Source of the DNA: a virus | Taxonomy: Duplodnaviria > Caudoviricetes | DNA: 64,000 bases | Virus record (IMG/VR): IMGVR_UViG_3300035208_007487 | Strand: one strand, 5' to 3' | In this document: one piece after another, positions 11,281 to 22,599 of the stretch | Numbering within the stretch: position 1 is the first letter of the stretch | Layout: every line of letters starts with the position of its first letter | Position numbers and translations under genes: made by a program | The notes under the pieces: model-generated | The model's input: the letters and a program-made list of their open reading frames with translations, nothing else | Database searches by the model: none | What the model was told of the DNA's origin: nothing

Positions 11281-12584
11281 ATTATTCCTAATCCTTGTTT
11301 AATATACTCTTGAACCTCACCTTGAAGAGATTCGTCATTTATGTCTCCTAAACTAATCCAATCATTAGTATTATTAGCGGCTATTAATGAACTAGAAAAC
11401 TTTTTAAGTATTACGTTTAGCTTATTTTTATCAATATCCCCTAATGCCACATCAACCAATGGCTTATTTTTAATAGTTGGTCCTAATACAAAGTATTTAA
11501 TTTCATTAATATTAGCATTTTTCTCAATACCAATATCAAAGGAACTCTTGAATCTATCAATATATTTCATATATTCATCAAAACTAAATTCATCAACGAT
11601 TAATACAGCCCAATCTATTCTAGTTGTACTTAATTTCTGTAGATTCTCATTAAATATATCAGTTAATTCCAATATTGTTTTTTTATTTATTTTTTGCATA
11701 CATCCTTCATATACTGAAAATCTTCTATCTAATAATTTTTTGAATTTAAGTGCAAAAGCTACTTTATAATCATTAGGAATTGCACTAAAGAAACTATTTG
11801 GACTAACATTAATACAATATTCATAAAATGGCTTAATGGTGTCAAATGATGATAATACCTCTTCTTTAGATGAATCATCTATAGCATCAATTATTTTATA
11901 CATTTGACTGCCTAATAATTTCTTGTAGGTAGCAATGTTGTTATTAATTTTAAGATAATTGAACACATCCCATTTTGCTCCTCTTGGGATTTGCTTATCC
12001 TCAGAGTTATCAAACTTTGATACATCTAATACCGTAAATGATGATGGATTTAAAAACACTGCTTGTGCTGGCTCGTTAGAATGTATAATCCCCATATGAT
12101 GATCAACTACGTAATCATACCCCATTTTTCTAAATATTGCATTCCAGCTATTTGCACTAGTTGAATACTTCATCGTAACATACCAAATATACCCACCTGG
12201 AGTTTTATAATAAGATTTTTGCTCAATTTCGGCATCACTTAATTTAGAAAATCCTAATTGTTTTAATTTTTCTAAATCTTTTTTAAAATCATTACTATTA
12301 TAGGATTGTAAGTCTAATTTTATTGAACCTGGATTTGGCTTAATAAAATATACATATCCGCGATCCCCACCTGTATATTGTGCTTCTTGTTCCCCCATAT
12401 CATCTATATTATACGCATATATGCCATTTGGAGTTCTCCATTCAGATTTTGGATTTATTCCAATCTTATTAATACTTCGATATGAAAAATATACATTAAG
12501 ATCGTCTTCATATTTCTGTTTTAGTTCGTCCACTGTTGGAGTATTTTTAGATTCATATAAAAATCCATTATAACATATCTTCAT
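11277..12584 (-). CDS. tagged putative virion-internal protein, paralog B
   Basis: MKICYNGFLYE tag; homologous to 9994..11280 along most of its length; TAAATA-N6-ATG. Confidence 0.7.
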   Translation of the reverse strand: MKICYNGFLYESKNTPTVDELKQKYEDDLNVYFSYRSINKIGINPKSEWRTPNGIYAYNIDDMGEQEAQYTGGDRGYVYFIKPNPGSIKLDLQSYNSNDFKKDLEKLKQLGFSKLSDAEIEQKSYYKTPGGYIWYVTMKYSTSANSWNAIFRKMGYDYVVDHHMGIIHSNEPAQAVFLNPSSFTVLDVSKFDNSEDKQIPRGAKWDVFNYLKINNNIATYKKLLGSQMYKIIDAIDDSSKEEVLSSFDTIKPFYEYCINVSPNSFFSAIPNDYKVAFALKFKKLLDRRFSVYEGCMQKINKKTILELTDIFNENLQKLSTTRIDWAVLIVDEFSFDEYMKYIDRFKSSFDIGIEKNANINEIKYFVLGPTIKNKPLVDVALGDIDKNKLNVILKKFSSSLIAANNTNDWISLGDINDESLQGEVQEYIKQGLGII

Positions 12585-12611
12585 ATAAAATATTTATAAT
12601 AAATAATAAAC
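12585..12611. promoter_or_regulatory. back-to-back TAAATA late-type promoters
   Basis: TATTTA at 12591-12596 (minus-strand TAAATA, 6 nt from ATG 12584) and TAAATA at 12600-12605 (6 nt from ATG 12612). Confidence 0.75.
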
Positions 12612-13118
12612 ATGAAGATTGCTTTTAATAATTATCTATATGAAAGTATAGACAATCTACCATTTCCACCTAAAGGATCTATTCCTATCCCAAGTGGATA
12701 TACTAGAATGTATCACCAAACTGATCCAGCTAAAGTTCCAAGTATTCTGAAAGACGGATTACAAATATCTAAATCTAGAGGCAAACTTGTAGGAGATCCC
12801 GTTGGAATATGGGCTTCAGATAATCCAAAAGGATTTTATGGAGATAGCTCGCATCTAGATACTATAGAATTTAAAATCCCAACTGTCGAATATAATCAAT
12901 TACTTGGACATAGCTTAATAGAACGAGATGTACCCCCAGAAGATATACTTGCAGTCCATTCAGATTGGCAAAATACCGTCAATTATATGGTTAAAAATAA
13001 TATGATAGATCAAGTCAAAAATGGAGATTTCGACTATCTTATGAATAAAGAATATGAACATGCCTCAGATTATGACCAATATACAAAAGCAATTCAATAT
13101 GTAAAATCCCATTACTAA
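12612..13118 (+). CDS. tagged putative virion-internal protein, ART-fold (H-type) domain
   Basis: MKIAFNNYLYE tag; RMYHQT...SILKDGL...GIWAS...DVPPEDI pattern of the ART/Tpt1-like fold. Confidence 0.7.
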   Translation: MKIAFNNYLYESIDNLPFPPKGSIPIPSGYTRMYHQTDPAKVPSILKDGLQISKSRGKLVGDPVGIWASDNPKGFYGDSSHLDTIEFKIPTVEYNQLLGHSLIERDVPPEDILAVHSDWQNTVNYMVKNNMIDQVKNGDFDYLMNKEYEHASDYDQYTKAIQYVKSHY

Positions 13119-13134
13119 TTTATAAATATCTAGC

Positions 13135-14613
13135 ATGAAGATTGCATTTAATGGCTACTTATATGAAGCTAGAAATATTCCAACTGAAGATGAATTGAGA
13201 GAAAAATACGGATCATTAGGAGATTCTTATTTTTTCTCGTATAGATCAATTAATAAAATTGGATTAAATCCACAATCTCAATGGAATACCCCCAATGGAG
13301 TATACACATATAACTTCAAAGATCTTGGAAATAGAGAATCCCCATATAAGGGAACTTCTACAAATGGATATATATATGTTATTAAACTTAAACCAAACAT
13401 CAATGGAATAGATTCACGTACTTATAATACAATAGACCTAGAACAAGATCTTAATAAACTTAAACAATTTGGATATGAAATAGATTTAGAAAAATATTAT
13501 AGAATGAATAACCCATTTAAAGCTATCTGGACTGCTACATATGATGTTAAAAAATCACCTAATGATTGGACTAAAATATTATTAGCTTTGGGATATTATT
13601 ACGTTAGAGATAGAGGTGAAGGAGTTATTCATACTAATGAGCCATACCAAACAGTATTCTTATCACCTAAAGCTTATGATATAGTAGATTCAGGAACATA
13701 TGGAAATGTGGCTATATTTAATGGAACAATTGACCAAAAATGGATAAAAAAATACGCAGCATCTCTTACTGAAAAAAATGTAAAACCTGTTGCAAAATCT
13801 ATCTACAAATATTTTACTCAACATAATAATTTACCAAGATTCGATATATTTAATGCAACAAATACTAATATACTTACTGATATATATAAAACGGCTTTTA
13901 AACTAATAGGAACTTATTCAATTAATCAAATATTTCAAGAAAATCCAAAAATGTTAGTTGCACTTGGGATATCATCAGATTTTGCAAAAGAATTAATAAA
14001 TCAATACAAATCCGCTTTTACTAATTCTACTAGAGCTGAATGGCTAAAAGCTTTAAATGATGAAGATAGATTAGAATATGTTGATAAATTTATAGATACA
14101 TTTAAAAAAATAACAGAAGTTGATACTTATTGGATAGCTTATTTACAAATTAAAGATAGAATCCCAATGATAATAAAATTGGCCAAGGAAATCAATAGTA
14201 GTATAATTAATACACCAGATAATCTTAATGTCCTAATCTATGATATTAGGCCAATATCAAAAGAAGACCAATTGAAACTATTTGATATCCTTATCCCCTC
14301 AATAAAAGAAATAACTAATGATGGAAATGTACAGTGGCTTAATAACTTATTATATCAATATCCAGAACTTCAAGCTCAAAAATTAACTACTACTCTGCAT
14401 GATGAAGTTGCTAAATTAATAACAAATAATGAAATGTTTTTCTTAAGCTATTTTACTATCGAGGACAATAAGCATATGAAAGCATTTGAAATGATTATGC
14501 ATACTTTTAGCAAATATATTAATAGATCAATTAAAGAATACCCTGAAAATATCTTTTGGAAACATTACCCTACTCCATTTAAACAAGTATTTGAACCTAA
14601 AGAATTAAATTAA
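13135..14613 (+). CDS. tagged putative virion-internal protein, paralog C
   Basis: MKIAFNGYLYE tag; same N-domain as 9994/11277 with unrelated helical C-terminus; TATAAATA at 13121-13128. Confidence 0.7.
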   Translation: MKIAFNGYLYEARNIPTEDELREKYGSLGDSYFFSYRSINKIGLNPQSQWNTPNGVYTYNFKDLGNRESPYKGTSTNGYIYVIKLKPNINGIDSRTYNTIDLEQDLNKLKQFGYEIDLEKYYRMNNPFKAIWTATYDVKKSPNDWTKILLALGYYYVRDRGEGVIHTNEPYQTVFLSPKAYDIVDSGTYGNVAIFNGTIDQKWIKKYAASLTEKNVKPVAKSIYKYFTQHNNLPRFDIFNATNTNILTDIYKTAFKLIGTYSINQIFQENPKMLVALGISSDFAKELINQYKSAFTNSTRAEWLKALNDEDRLEYVDKFIDTFKKITEVDTYWIAYLQIKDRIPMIIKLAKEINSSIINTPDNLNVLIYDIRPISKEDQLKLFDILIPSIKEITNDGNVQWLNNLLYQYPELQAQKLTTTLHDEVAKLITNNEMFFLSYFTIEDNKHMKAFEMIMHTFSKYINRSIKEYPENIFWKHYPTPFKQVFEPKELN

Positions 14614-14699
14614 GTATAGGCCAAATAGATACTTTTCTAATAAAGTAAATGGAAATGGTGTTTAATAAATAATGAATAGCTCCTTTTTTATTGGAGCAC

Positions 14700-15115
14700 C
14701 TATATGCCCATAAAATTTTTTTACATATGGGGGTATTTAAATAATAATTTTTTTGAGGGTACTTAATAACCGCCCTTTAAAATATGATGATGGACATTTT
14801 TGAGAAATGTGACAATATGGGGCAAAATTTTTTAAATTAATGGGGGTCATTAATAACCCTCTTTTGAATGTGAAGAGCTATGGGGCAAAAATTTTTATTC
14901 TTTGGGGGTAGATTGAAATATGAATACTTGTAAGGATATTTAATAACCCCTTTGGGAATACTGGTTGACATTTTTGAGCATAGGGGGGAATATGGGGCAA
15001 AAATTTTTATTCTTTGGGGGTCTAAGATAAGATATAGGGGGCATACCTGCCACCCTCCCTATATAACAAGGGTGGCCCTACACCTTAGCCATAGCTATTT
15101 TAATACCCCCTAATA
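14700..15115. repeat. non-coding iteron-like repeat region (candidate origin or genome terminus/packaging site)
   Basis: 31-bp TATGGGGCAAAAATTTTTATTCTTTGGGGGT at 14879 and 14991, degenerate copies at about 14703 and 14816; TAATAACC x3; GACATTTTTGAG x2; no ORF. Confidence 0.6.
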
Positions 15116-15147
15116 GCCGATCTAAGGCCATCAATTAGCCAAAAGGT

Positions 15148-15837
15148 TTAGTTCTTCATTGGCTCATTTAACAAGCTACAAACGTCCTCAAATCGGAAAT
15201 AATAATCTGTCAAGATATAATAGAAATCGTTTTCCAAAGTTATTGTAAAGATATTGTATGGAGTAATCGTATGCTTGCCAGTATAAGGCTCAACACTTTT
15301 TGCATTAATCTTTTGACCGGCAAATAAAGTAATAGTTTCAAATCGCTTATTGATAGGATTATATAAACATTGCCTAGTAGTATGCAATATGATTATTTGC
15401 ATTTTACTTTTCTTTGTTAGTATTTTTAACTACATTCAAACAATAGTCACAAACAATTGAATTAAAATGGCTAGGCAATTCAATTAGATTATGGCAATGG
15501 GGGCATTTGATTTTAATGTATTTCATTCGGCTTCATCCCCCAAACAAGAAACCTTCCAAGAACCATTCACATACATCACAGTAAGGGCATAAGTTTCCCC
15601 TGAATTACAATAGTCAATTCCCTCTTCACATTCCACCCCGCAAGTGTGAATAATTTCATCAATGGCATATAGCTTGATAAGATATGCTTCAGGACGTCTA
15701 TAGCATGAACGAACATACTTAGTAGCTTTTTTAGAAACCTCTTCTGGATTGATTTCGTTGCGAATGATTCCGAGAATCTTATCGGCATCTTCCTCGGTTA
15801 CATCTTTGATTTGCAGTAGACGGTTTTTGAAAGACAT
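15148..15837 (-). CDS. two early hypothetical genes (15148-15402; 15523-15837, likely start MSFKNRLL)
   Basis: ORF track; start of the second gene reassigned by eye. Confidence 0.6.
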
Positions 15838-15916
15838 TTGAATACTCTTTAGTAAATTAGATTTGAACAGGTAAATGAGAAGGAAGCTAGATAACTTCCT
15901 TCCCTGATAGTTTCTT

Positions 15917-16141
15917 TTATTGGTGGTCCATATAAGAAACAGTTGCGCCGCATCCTTCCGGGACATTGGCGGCGATCATGTCGCGGGTATCGACGTATGC
16001 CACTTCCACGGGCTTCACAAGCTTGGATTCACGGGCCGAAGCGTCGAAGGTGGAAGCGGAAATCGCAGGGACGTTGACGGCCTTCGGAGCGGTGCGACCG
16101 TCGAGAGCGAGCAGCGAGAGAGCGATCATGAGCGTATCCAT
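15917..16141 (-). CDS. small GC-rich early protein
   Basis: Start MDTLMIALSLL downstream of TTGACA-N17-TATCTT (16196-16224); markedly higher GC than flanks. Confidence 0.65.
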   Translation of the reverse strand: MDTLMIALSLLALDGRTAPKAVNVPAISASTFDASARESKLVKPVEVAYVDTRDMIAANVPEGCGATVSYMDHQ

Positions 16142-16280
16142 TTGAGTATCTTTCTTTTTGAAGGGGAGCAACATTGCCCGTCCCTTATGTTATATAAGAT
16201 AATGCCAAAAATTAGCCATGTCAAGAGGTTGACTAAAAAAACATGAAAAAAGTTTGTTCTGCAAATTAGTGAAGAACATG

Positions 16281-16359
16281 AAAATAATTCCAAAATTTAG
16301 TCTAGCCAATCAGTCCAGTCTATACTAAATTCCAAGTATATACATAAAGGAATAATAGA
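16281..16359 (+). repeat. conserved ~80-bp intergenic element, copy 1 of 8
   Basis: AAAATAATTCCAAAATTTAG..T[AT]GC[AC]AATCAGT[CT]CAGTCTATACTAAATT.CAAGTATATAC..AAAGGAATAATAGA. Confidence 0.9.
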
Positions 16360-16416
16360 TATCTCACTCCATTAATAGCTCAAAAAGAATGGGGGAATAA
16401 TCGCTCCCCCAATATA

Positions 16417-17841
16417 TTAAGGATTGATTATGAATAGTTCATTTTTGGAACGAGTTATTGCCACATACCAAAGATTTCTTTCTTCTTGTTCTGAATGAGA
16501 ATAAGTATCGGCAAGAACATAAACAGTATCCGATTCTAATCCTTTGGCTTTATGAGTAGTAGAAAGCATAATAGCAGATTTATCATTTACATCCGAGAAT
16601 AGATTTTTAATGTTATCAATTAATTCATTTTTAGATTTACAATTACTTCCAATTATTCTAAGACATTGTGCCTTATCTTCAATCATATCCGTTTTGGGAT
16701 TAGCTATTCTTTTTTTAAGTCTAATTATTTCTTCATTTTCCCAATCATTAACATATTGAATGAATTCGGAATAATCTTCTTTGAAATTATTAACAACATT
16801 TAATAAGCCTTCACCGTAATCCTTTCCTCGAATCATTGCTTTTTTACCTTGAGATATGAACCCAAAAATAAGAGAAGCTAATGGAGCATTTTTTCTTGAC
16901 AATATGAAACTACCAGCACTTGCATTTTCTTTCATATATTCATAGTTTTCATATACAATAGAACCATCTATTGCATTAGGGGCGGCACTAAATTCAGGTA
17001 CATCCTTTGAGGCTAGTTCACAAATCAACTTAGGGCACCTATATGAAACAGAAAGAGGATATTCTTTAGCAGACATCTTTTCCTTGAAGATATCCATAGC
17101 ACCCGTAGCTGCTCCCCTGAAGCCATAGATAGCTTGAGCAGGATCCCCCACTACACAAATACGCCCATTTGTTTTAACCATTCGGCAAATGAATTCAATT
17201 TGGGCTTTATTAAAATCTTGTGATTCATCTCCAAAGACCCAATCAAATTTTGGAATAGAAAGATCTTGAACAACTGGCATATAAATCATATCATCAAAAT
17301 CAATATAGGAAGTCATTTCTTTTGAGATATTTAATGTGCGGAGAATCATTTGGACAAATATATCAAAAGAAAGACCAGAATCTTTATCTGAATAATTAAT
17401 GTCGAATTCCTCACAAATGGAATAAATATCCTCAATTGATTCGGCTAGATATGCTTTTGCTAATGAGACTGCCTTGTAAGCGGGGCCAAAAAAATTGCTT
17501 GGAAGATCTTTATAGGTTTCATTTAGAATCTTCCTAGTCTTATCATGCGAGCCATGAGCACAAAAGACCCTACCATAGGCCTTTCTAAGCACACCGAAGC
17601 CCGTTGAATGCAAGGTGGCTACTTTGATATGTCTATCTGTAGGGACTCTTGATTCAATCTCTTGAACAATAGCTTTTGCGAATGCTACAAAAGCTACTTT
17701 GTCAGTAGGTTTAGTATAGTCTAATGCTCCAATCAGTGTAGTAGTTTTGCCACTACCGGCTAGTGCTCTGATTTGAATGTGCCCGCTGCCATTTGCTATA
17801 GCGTCATAAATGTTGGCTTGCGGAATAGATGGTTCAAGCAT
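16417..17841 (-). CDS. UvrD/Rep-like SF1A helicase
   Basis: Motifs ALAGSGKTT, TLHS, DESQD, VGDPAQAIYGFRGA, SYRCP, STTHKAKGLE, YVAITRSK. Confidence 0.92.
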   Translation of the reverse strand: MLEPSIPQANIYDAIANGSGHIQIRALAGSGKTTTLIGALDYTKPTDKVAFVAFAKAIVQEIESRVPTDRHIKVATLHSTGFGVLRKAYGRVFCAHGSHDKTRKILNETYKDLPSNFFGPAYKAVSLAKAYLAESIEDIYSICEEFDINYSDKDSGLSFDIFVQMILRTLNISKEMTSYIDFDDMIYMPVVQDLSIPKFDWVFGDESQDFNKAQIEFICRMVKTNGRICVVGDPAQAIYGFRGAATGAMDIFKEKMSAKEYPLSVSYRCPKLICELASKDVPEFSAAPNAIDGSIVYENYEYMKENASAGSFILSRKNAPLASLIFGFISQGKKAMIRGKDYGEGLLNVVNNFKEDYSEFIQYVNDWENEEIIRLKKRIANPKTDMIEDKAQCLRIIGSNCKSKNELIDNIKNLFSDVNDKSAIMLSTTHKAKGLESDTVYVLADTYSHSEQEERNLWYVAITRSKNELFIINP

Positions 17842-18000
17842 TAAAACTCCTTTGGCAAAATTGCCCTAGGTAAAATATACATTATTTGGCAAAGCTTTGT
17901 CAAGGGATAGCTGAAGAAAATTAATATAGTATTGGATTATTATATCTATTATTACATATGAAAAAAAGGAAGAATTAATTATCTTCCTTTTTTAACAGAA

Positions 18001-18708
18001 TTAAATAGATGCAATAAGCTCTTTCATTTCTTCATTCAAAGTATTTTGGGATTCAGCCCAAGTCTTTACATTTTTCAGAAATTCGGGGCAAATGATTTCG
18101 TGGTCTTCAAGGTCATTAATTGCCACATAAATCATATGCTGAAAGGAAGATTGGTCACATTCCCAATCTTGCAGTATTCCCTTAAATGCAATGTTTGCAA
18201 CCAAACGGCGGCGATAGCCCATTGATTCATTGATGCAGGAAAGAATCTTGGCAACCTTTTCTTCTAGTTCAGAAGTGATTCTAACAGTTTCAGTATCATG
18301 TCCATAGGCAAATTTGAAAGTCATTACCATTGGCTTATATTCACCACGAACCAAGTATCCCAAATCTTCCTTCAATTTGGCAATACGATTTTCAACTATT
18401 TTGGAATAATTGTGATGTAGAAAGCCCGTAGCTAATTCAGGTAAATTACAAGTAGTGTCAACCCCCTCAAATTTGAATTCGGGATTCTTAAAGAGATGCG
18501 GATACGTATTCATAATTTCAATAATTTGCTTTTCCCTTTGATCCGCTTCATTTTGGCGATTAACTACTTCGGTTTCTAGCCGATTGATTTCATCCTTCAG
18601 ATCGGAAATGCGGGGATCATTCTTGATGCGCTCTGCATTGACCTTTTCAGCTAGCAGACGATCAATTTCCTTTTGAATTTCTTCAGGTGTGCGAGTCGTG
18701 GTATCCAT
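18001..18708 (-). CDS. early hypothetical protein with coiled-coil N-terminus
   Basis: Own promoter and terminator. Confidence 0.7.
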   Translation of the reverse strand: MDTTTRTPEEIQKEIDRLLAEKVNAERIKNDPRISDLKDEINRLETEVVNRQNEADQREKQIIEIMNTYPHLFKNPEFKFEGVDTTCNLPELATGFLHHNYSKIVENRIAKLKEDLGYLVRGEYKPMVMTFKFAYGHDTETVRITSELEEKVAKILSCINESMGYRRRLVANIAFKGILQDWECDQSSFQHMIYVAINDLEDHEIICPEFLKNVKTWAESQNTLNEEMKELIASI

Positions 18709-18848
18709 TTTCTATTCTTTCGGTTTAATGTCGGCAACATTGCCAATTTCTTATATACTAAAGATACTGTCAAACATTGAAGATGTCAAGAGCTTGAACA
18801 AAGAAAGATGAAAAAAATTTGGTGTTCTTCTAATTAGTGAAGAACATG

Positions 18849-18926
18849 AAAATTCTTCCAAAATTTACCCTAGCCAATCAGTCCACTCTATACTAAATTT
18901 CAAGTATATACAAAAGGAATAATAGA
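18849..18926 (+). repeat. conserved ~80-bp intergenic element, copy 2
   Basis: Matches copy 1. Confidence 0.9.
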
Positions 18927-18984
18927 GTTGGATATCTCTTATTAGCCAATAAAAAGGAAGACATATCAATCTTCCTTTTATCAA

Positions 18985-19251
18985 TTACACCTTAATGATT
19001 TCAAATTTATTACTTGCTTCACAAGAATCATAAAAAGTATTGCGATATTCTATTCCAATTTCTCCTAAATTAATAAGGGCATTCATTACTTCAGTATTTT
19101 CACCGGAAAATGAAGCGGTATTGTAAGTAGTATGTGCAATATGAATAGGATGATTATTAATAATCTTATAGATTTCTAATGTAATATAGCATTCACCATT
19201 AAATATAGGTTTTCCAACTTTTACAGTATAGTAAATGAATACGGTTTTCAT
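18985..19251 (-). CDS. hypothetical early protein
   Basis: ORF track. Confidence 0.6.
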   Translation of the reverse strand: MKTVFIYYTVKVGKPIFNGECYITLEIYKIINNHPIHIAHTTYNTASFSGENTEVMNALINLGEIGIEYRNTFYDSCEASNKFEIIKV

Positions 19252-19364
19252 TGTGAGATCTTTCTGTGATTAATTAAGATGCTTTACGAATACGATAGAT
19301 GCCATATAGCAGCATCGCAAGAACAATATAATGATTTGACATCCAATTAAGGACGCACATTTTA

Positions 19365-19976
19365 TTATATTCCCAACAATTCCCGATGATTAATCAAACG
19401 GTGTTCAATCTTATCATAGATTTGCCGAATACGTTCATGCGAAAGATTAAGAGCAATTCCAATATCTCGAAAGCTCTTTTCTTCTTTTTTCATGAGAAAG
19501 ATTTGCCTTTCTTTTTCATTCAAAAGCAGATTATTCAAAATGTAATTGAAAGCATCCAAATAATCATTAGTATTTTCTTCGGAAGTATTGCCAGCTACCA
19601 TATCTTCCAAAGTATCCGACGAATCATCACCCCCAATTGGAGCATCTAAAGAAACGATATCCATTTGCCGCTTTTGTGCTTTGAAATACAGAAGATAGCT
19701 ATTCGCGGCATTTCTGCCAACATAATAAACCACCACTCCCAAATCTTTATCTTTGCGACCTTCCCACAAACGGCGCATAGTATCAATGGATAGTTCACCC
19801 GTTTTCTTTGCATGGCTATTGAAGATAATAGAAAGCAAATCGCTAGGCTCTATCGCATAATACTTTGTCACAAGGTTGTAAGTAGTGTAAATAACCTTTG
19901 GAGACGTGAAAGGCATATGCGTAGCCTTTTCTAGTTCAGTCAAATATCCTCGAATCATTGACATATTGCCTGACAT
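19365..19976 (-). CDS. sigma70-family sigma factor-like protein (regions 3/4)
   Basis: VSLDAPIGGDD...TLEDMV and LNEKERQIF...KSFRDIGIALNLSHERIRQI. Confidence 0.8.
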   Translation of the reverse strand: MSGNMSMIRGYLTELEKATHMPFTSPKVIYTTYNLVTKYYAIEPSDLLSIIFNSHAKKTGELSIDTMRRLWEGRKDKDLGVVVYYVGRNAANSYLLYFKAQKRQMDIVSLDAPIGGDDSSDTLEDMVAGNTSEENTNDYLDAFNYILNNLLLNEKERQIFLMKKEEKSFRDIGIALNLSHERIRQIYDKIEHRLINHRELLGI

Positions 19977-20284
19977 TTTTTTGCTCCCTTGTTAGGTTTA
20001 CTGCTCTTTGATAATAAAGATATGATAAAACTTTGAAGATGTCAACTTTTTTCTAGGAAATCTTTGCTCTCAAATCTTCTAAGGTATTGACACCTGTCAT
20101 TAGATCAGACAGATCGGCCCTGAAGATGATATTTTGGGCATCCCTCAACATGATAGAAAAATACTCTTCATGGGTTTTTTGAACCTTGGGCAATTCTTCT
20201 AGCTGGAATGGAAATGCTTTGTTCATACTCTTAAACTATATTTTAATTTCTAAGATGTCAACTAATTTGATGAATAAAACAAAA

Positions 20285-20363
20285 ATAATAATTCCAAAAT
20301 TTACCCTTGCAAGTTTATTCACTCTATATTAAATTTCAAGACATATAATAAAAGAATAATAAA
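20285..20363 (+). repeat. conserved ~80-bp intergenic element, copy 3
   Basis: Degenerate match to copy 1. Confidence 0.85.
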
Positions 20364-20591
20364 TATCTCACTCCATTATTAGCTAATAAAAAAAAGGAAG
20401 ATTTTTAATCTTCCTTTTTCCAATCTACCAAAGTTCCCAAAAGAGTGACTTCTTGCAAGTCCTGTACAAATCTTTCTTGCAAGCCCTACGATATTTGCGA
20501 TTCAACCTTTTCTTAATATAGGCACGCTTTATTGCAGTATTCTTATTGCATTCAGATGCATGCGGATGGTATTTCATACTTCCTTCCTTAT

Positions 20592-21261
20592 TTAGTAGAC
20601 GATTTCGCCAAATTGATTTTCAACATGGGCAACCGAAAAATTCAGAATTCCTCCTTTTCCTTTAGCTGCCAAAAGATCATTAAGATGCTTTTTGGCAATG
20701 GATAATGTTTTCCATTCCATCTTTCCTTTGATAGAAAGATAAGAACCTTTGCCATCTTCCTTAATCAAATGAATGGAGTAATTCATTTTAGCACCTCTTG
20801 AATCCCTTCAAGAGGGAAGAAATTTCACGACGGGCCAAAGATTTTTGGACATTGGCTTGCCTAGCCTGAAGAGAAGAAACCGAATTGCCATAGACCGCCT
20901 TCAGATTGGCTTCAACCTTCGACCGCAAATTATCCATCTTCAGGGCTTTCCATGCGATGTAATTGGGAGAATGGACGATCTGCGATGTGTAAGCTTCCTC
21001 TGCAAGCTTGGCGTCAACTTCGCTCCTGAAAGGTTCCGACTGCAAGCCGTTCGTCCAGTCAAAAACGAGCATCCAACGAGCAGGAAGAAACTTTCCATGC
21101 AAGCGCTCACCAGAAATCTTCTGAATATGGCAAATACGGAAAACGGTAGGATCAGACAAAACGGCTTGCATTTCCTTATCAATAGCTTCCTTAGTTGCGT
21201 GAAAGTTCTTGACATGAGCAAAGCCCTTCTGAATCGCGTTAAGTTCCTTGGAAGTGTTCAT
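20592..21261 (-). CDS. two early hypothetical genes (20592-20786; 20788-21261, likely start MNTSKEL)
   Basis: ORF track; promoter at about 21316-21342. Confidence 0.65.
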
Positions 21262-21402
21262 TTTGTCGGTCCTATCGTTAAGGTTCAAGTGCGAGGCCGT
21301 TTACCTCTTCACATAATATAGCCCGAAATATTGGCCATGTCAAGGGCTTGATAAAAGAAAGATGAAAAAAAATTAGTGATCTGCTAATTAGTGAAGAACA
21401 TG

Positions 21403-21481
21403 AAAATAATTCCAAAATTTAGTCTTGCCAATCAGTCCAGTCTATACTAAATTACAAGTATATACATAAAGGAATAATAGA
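21403..21481 (+). repeat. conserved ~80-bp intergenic element, copy 4
   Basis: Near-identical to copy 1, including the upstream AATTAGTGAAGAACATG. Confidence 0.9.
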
Positions 21482-21907
21482 GTAAGATATCTCTTATTAG
21501 CCAATAAAAAAAGGAAGACATATTAATCTTCCTTTTTATCTCTTACTTGTATTTACGAATCATTTCCCGAATATCTGCTAAAGTTTCACCTGAACAATGT
21601 TGTCCATTTACGCTAGCAGTATATCTCAAAGCGAATCCAATTGCAGTATTTTTCCAAATTTGAACACCAAAATATACTGAATGCGGTTCCACTTTAGTAT
21701 CCTTTCGCTATATGCAAGGGTTTCCATCCCCAATTGTATTCGGTACTCATATCCTTCCAAAACACTGAATAAGTCTTATTCTTATTATTGGCAAGGAACC
21801 TATCCAATTGTTCTTTGGGAGTACCTGAACCGGATTTATTAGTAAAGAAAATTTCCGTTCCATCTTCATGAATTATTTTGTAATGAAGCATTTTATTATC
21901 CTTTTGA

Positions 21908-22522
21908 TTAAGTTGCTTCTGCCAAATCAAATTCGTAATTGGTATCAAGCTTTGGGAGATTATCTTTTGCCATTTGCAAGGCTTCATCCAAAGCATAAAT
22001 ATCCCCACACGAATCAATTATTTCCCCATGTTCATCAAAAGGATTGATAGCATGAGTATTATAGCAATATACATCGCCTCGAATGTATTGATCAAAGATA
22101 GCTATTTCGCCCTTCAATCGTTCTTCTACCGCCTTCCAATCAACGCTTCCGGTTTCTGGAATGATAATCTTTTCGGCCATAGCGGTAAGATTATTCATAT
22201 AGATATAACCTACCAAACCAGAATCCCAAGGATCGCCAAAAGGCTTAGTGCTAATGGTATCGCCAGAATGCGAATACATATAAATTGGCAAAACAAGAGC
22301 TTTGCCGCCCGTTGCGTAGTTGTAGAAACCTTCGCTATCTAGAATAAGCTTACCATCTTCATTAGTTTCCAAAGGAATTGCATCTTTATCAGAAGAAAAA
22401 TGCCTTGGAACCAAAGAAATAATCGTAGAAGAGCTTCCCCAACTACGAGGTGAATCATTATCGTTATCCAAGTAAATCTTGATGATAAAGTTACCAATCT
22501 TTTCAGTTTTGACAGAGTTCAT
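21908..22522 (-). CDS. conserved hypothetical protein of mobile elements/phages
   Basis: LPIYMYSHSG...WDSGLVGYIY...DQYIRGDVY...DSCG motifs; acidic. Confidence 0.7.
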   Translation of the reverse strand: MNSVKTEKIGNFIIKIYLDNDNDSPRSWGSSSTIISLVPRHFSSDKDAIPLETNEDGKLILDSEGFYNYATGGKALVLPIYMYSHSGDTISTKPFGDPWDSGLVGYIYMNNLTAMAEKIIIPETGSVDWKAVEERLKGEIAIFDQYIRGDVYCYNTHAINPFDEHGEIIDSCGDIYALDEALQMAKDNLPKLDTNYEFDLAEAT

Positions 22523-22599
22523 TTTTTAGCTCCTTAGAAGGTTTGGTTGAAGTTCTTAGAACAAAGATACATTGAAATTTTTAGTTTGTCAACTAATTT

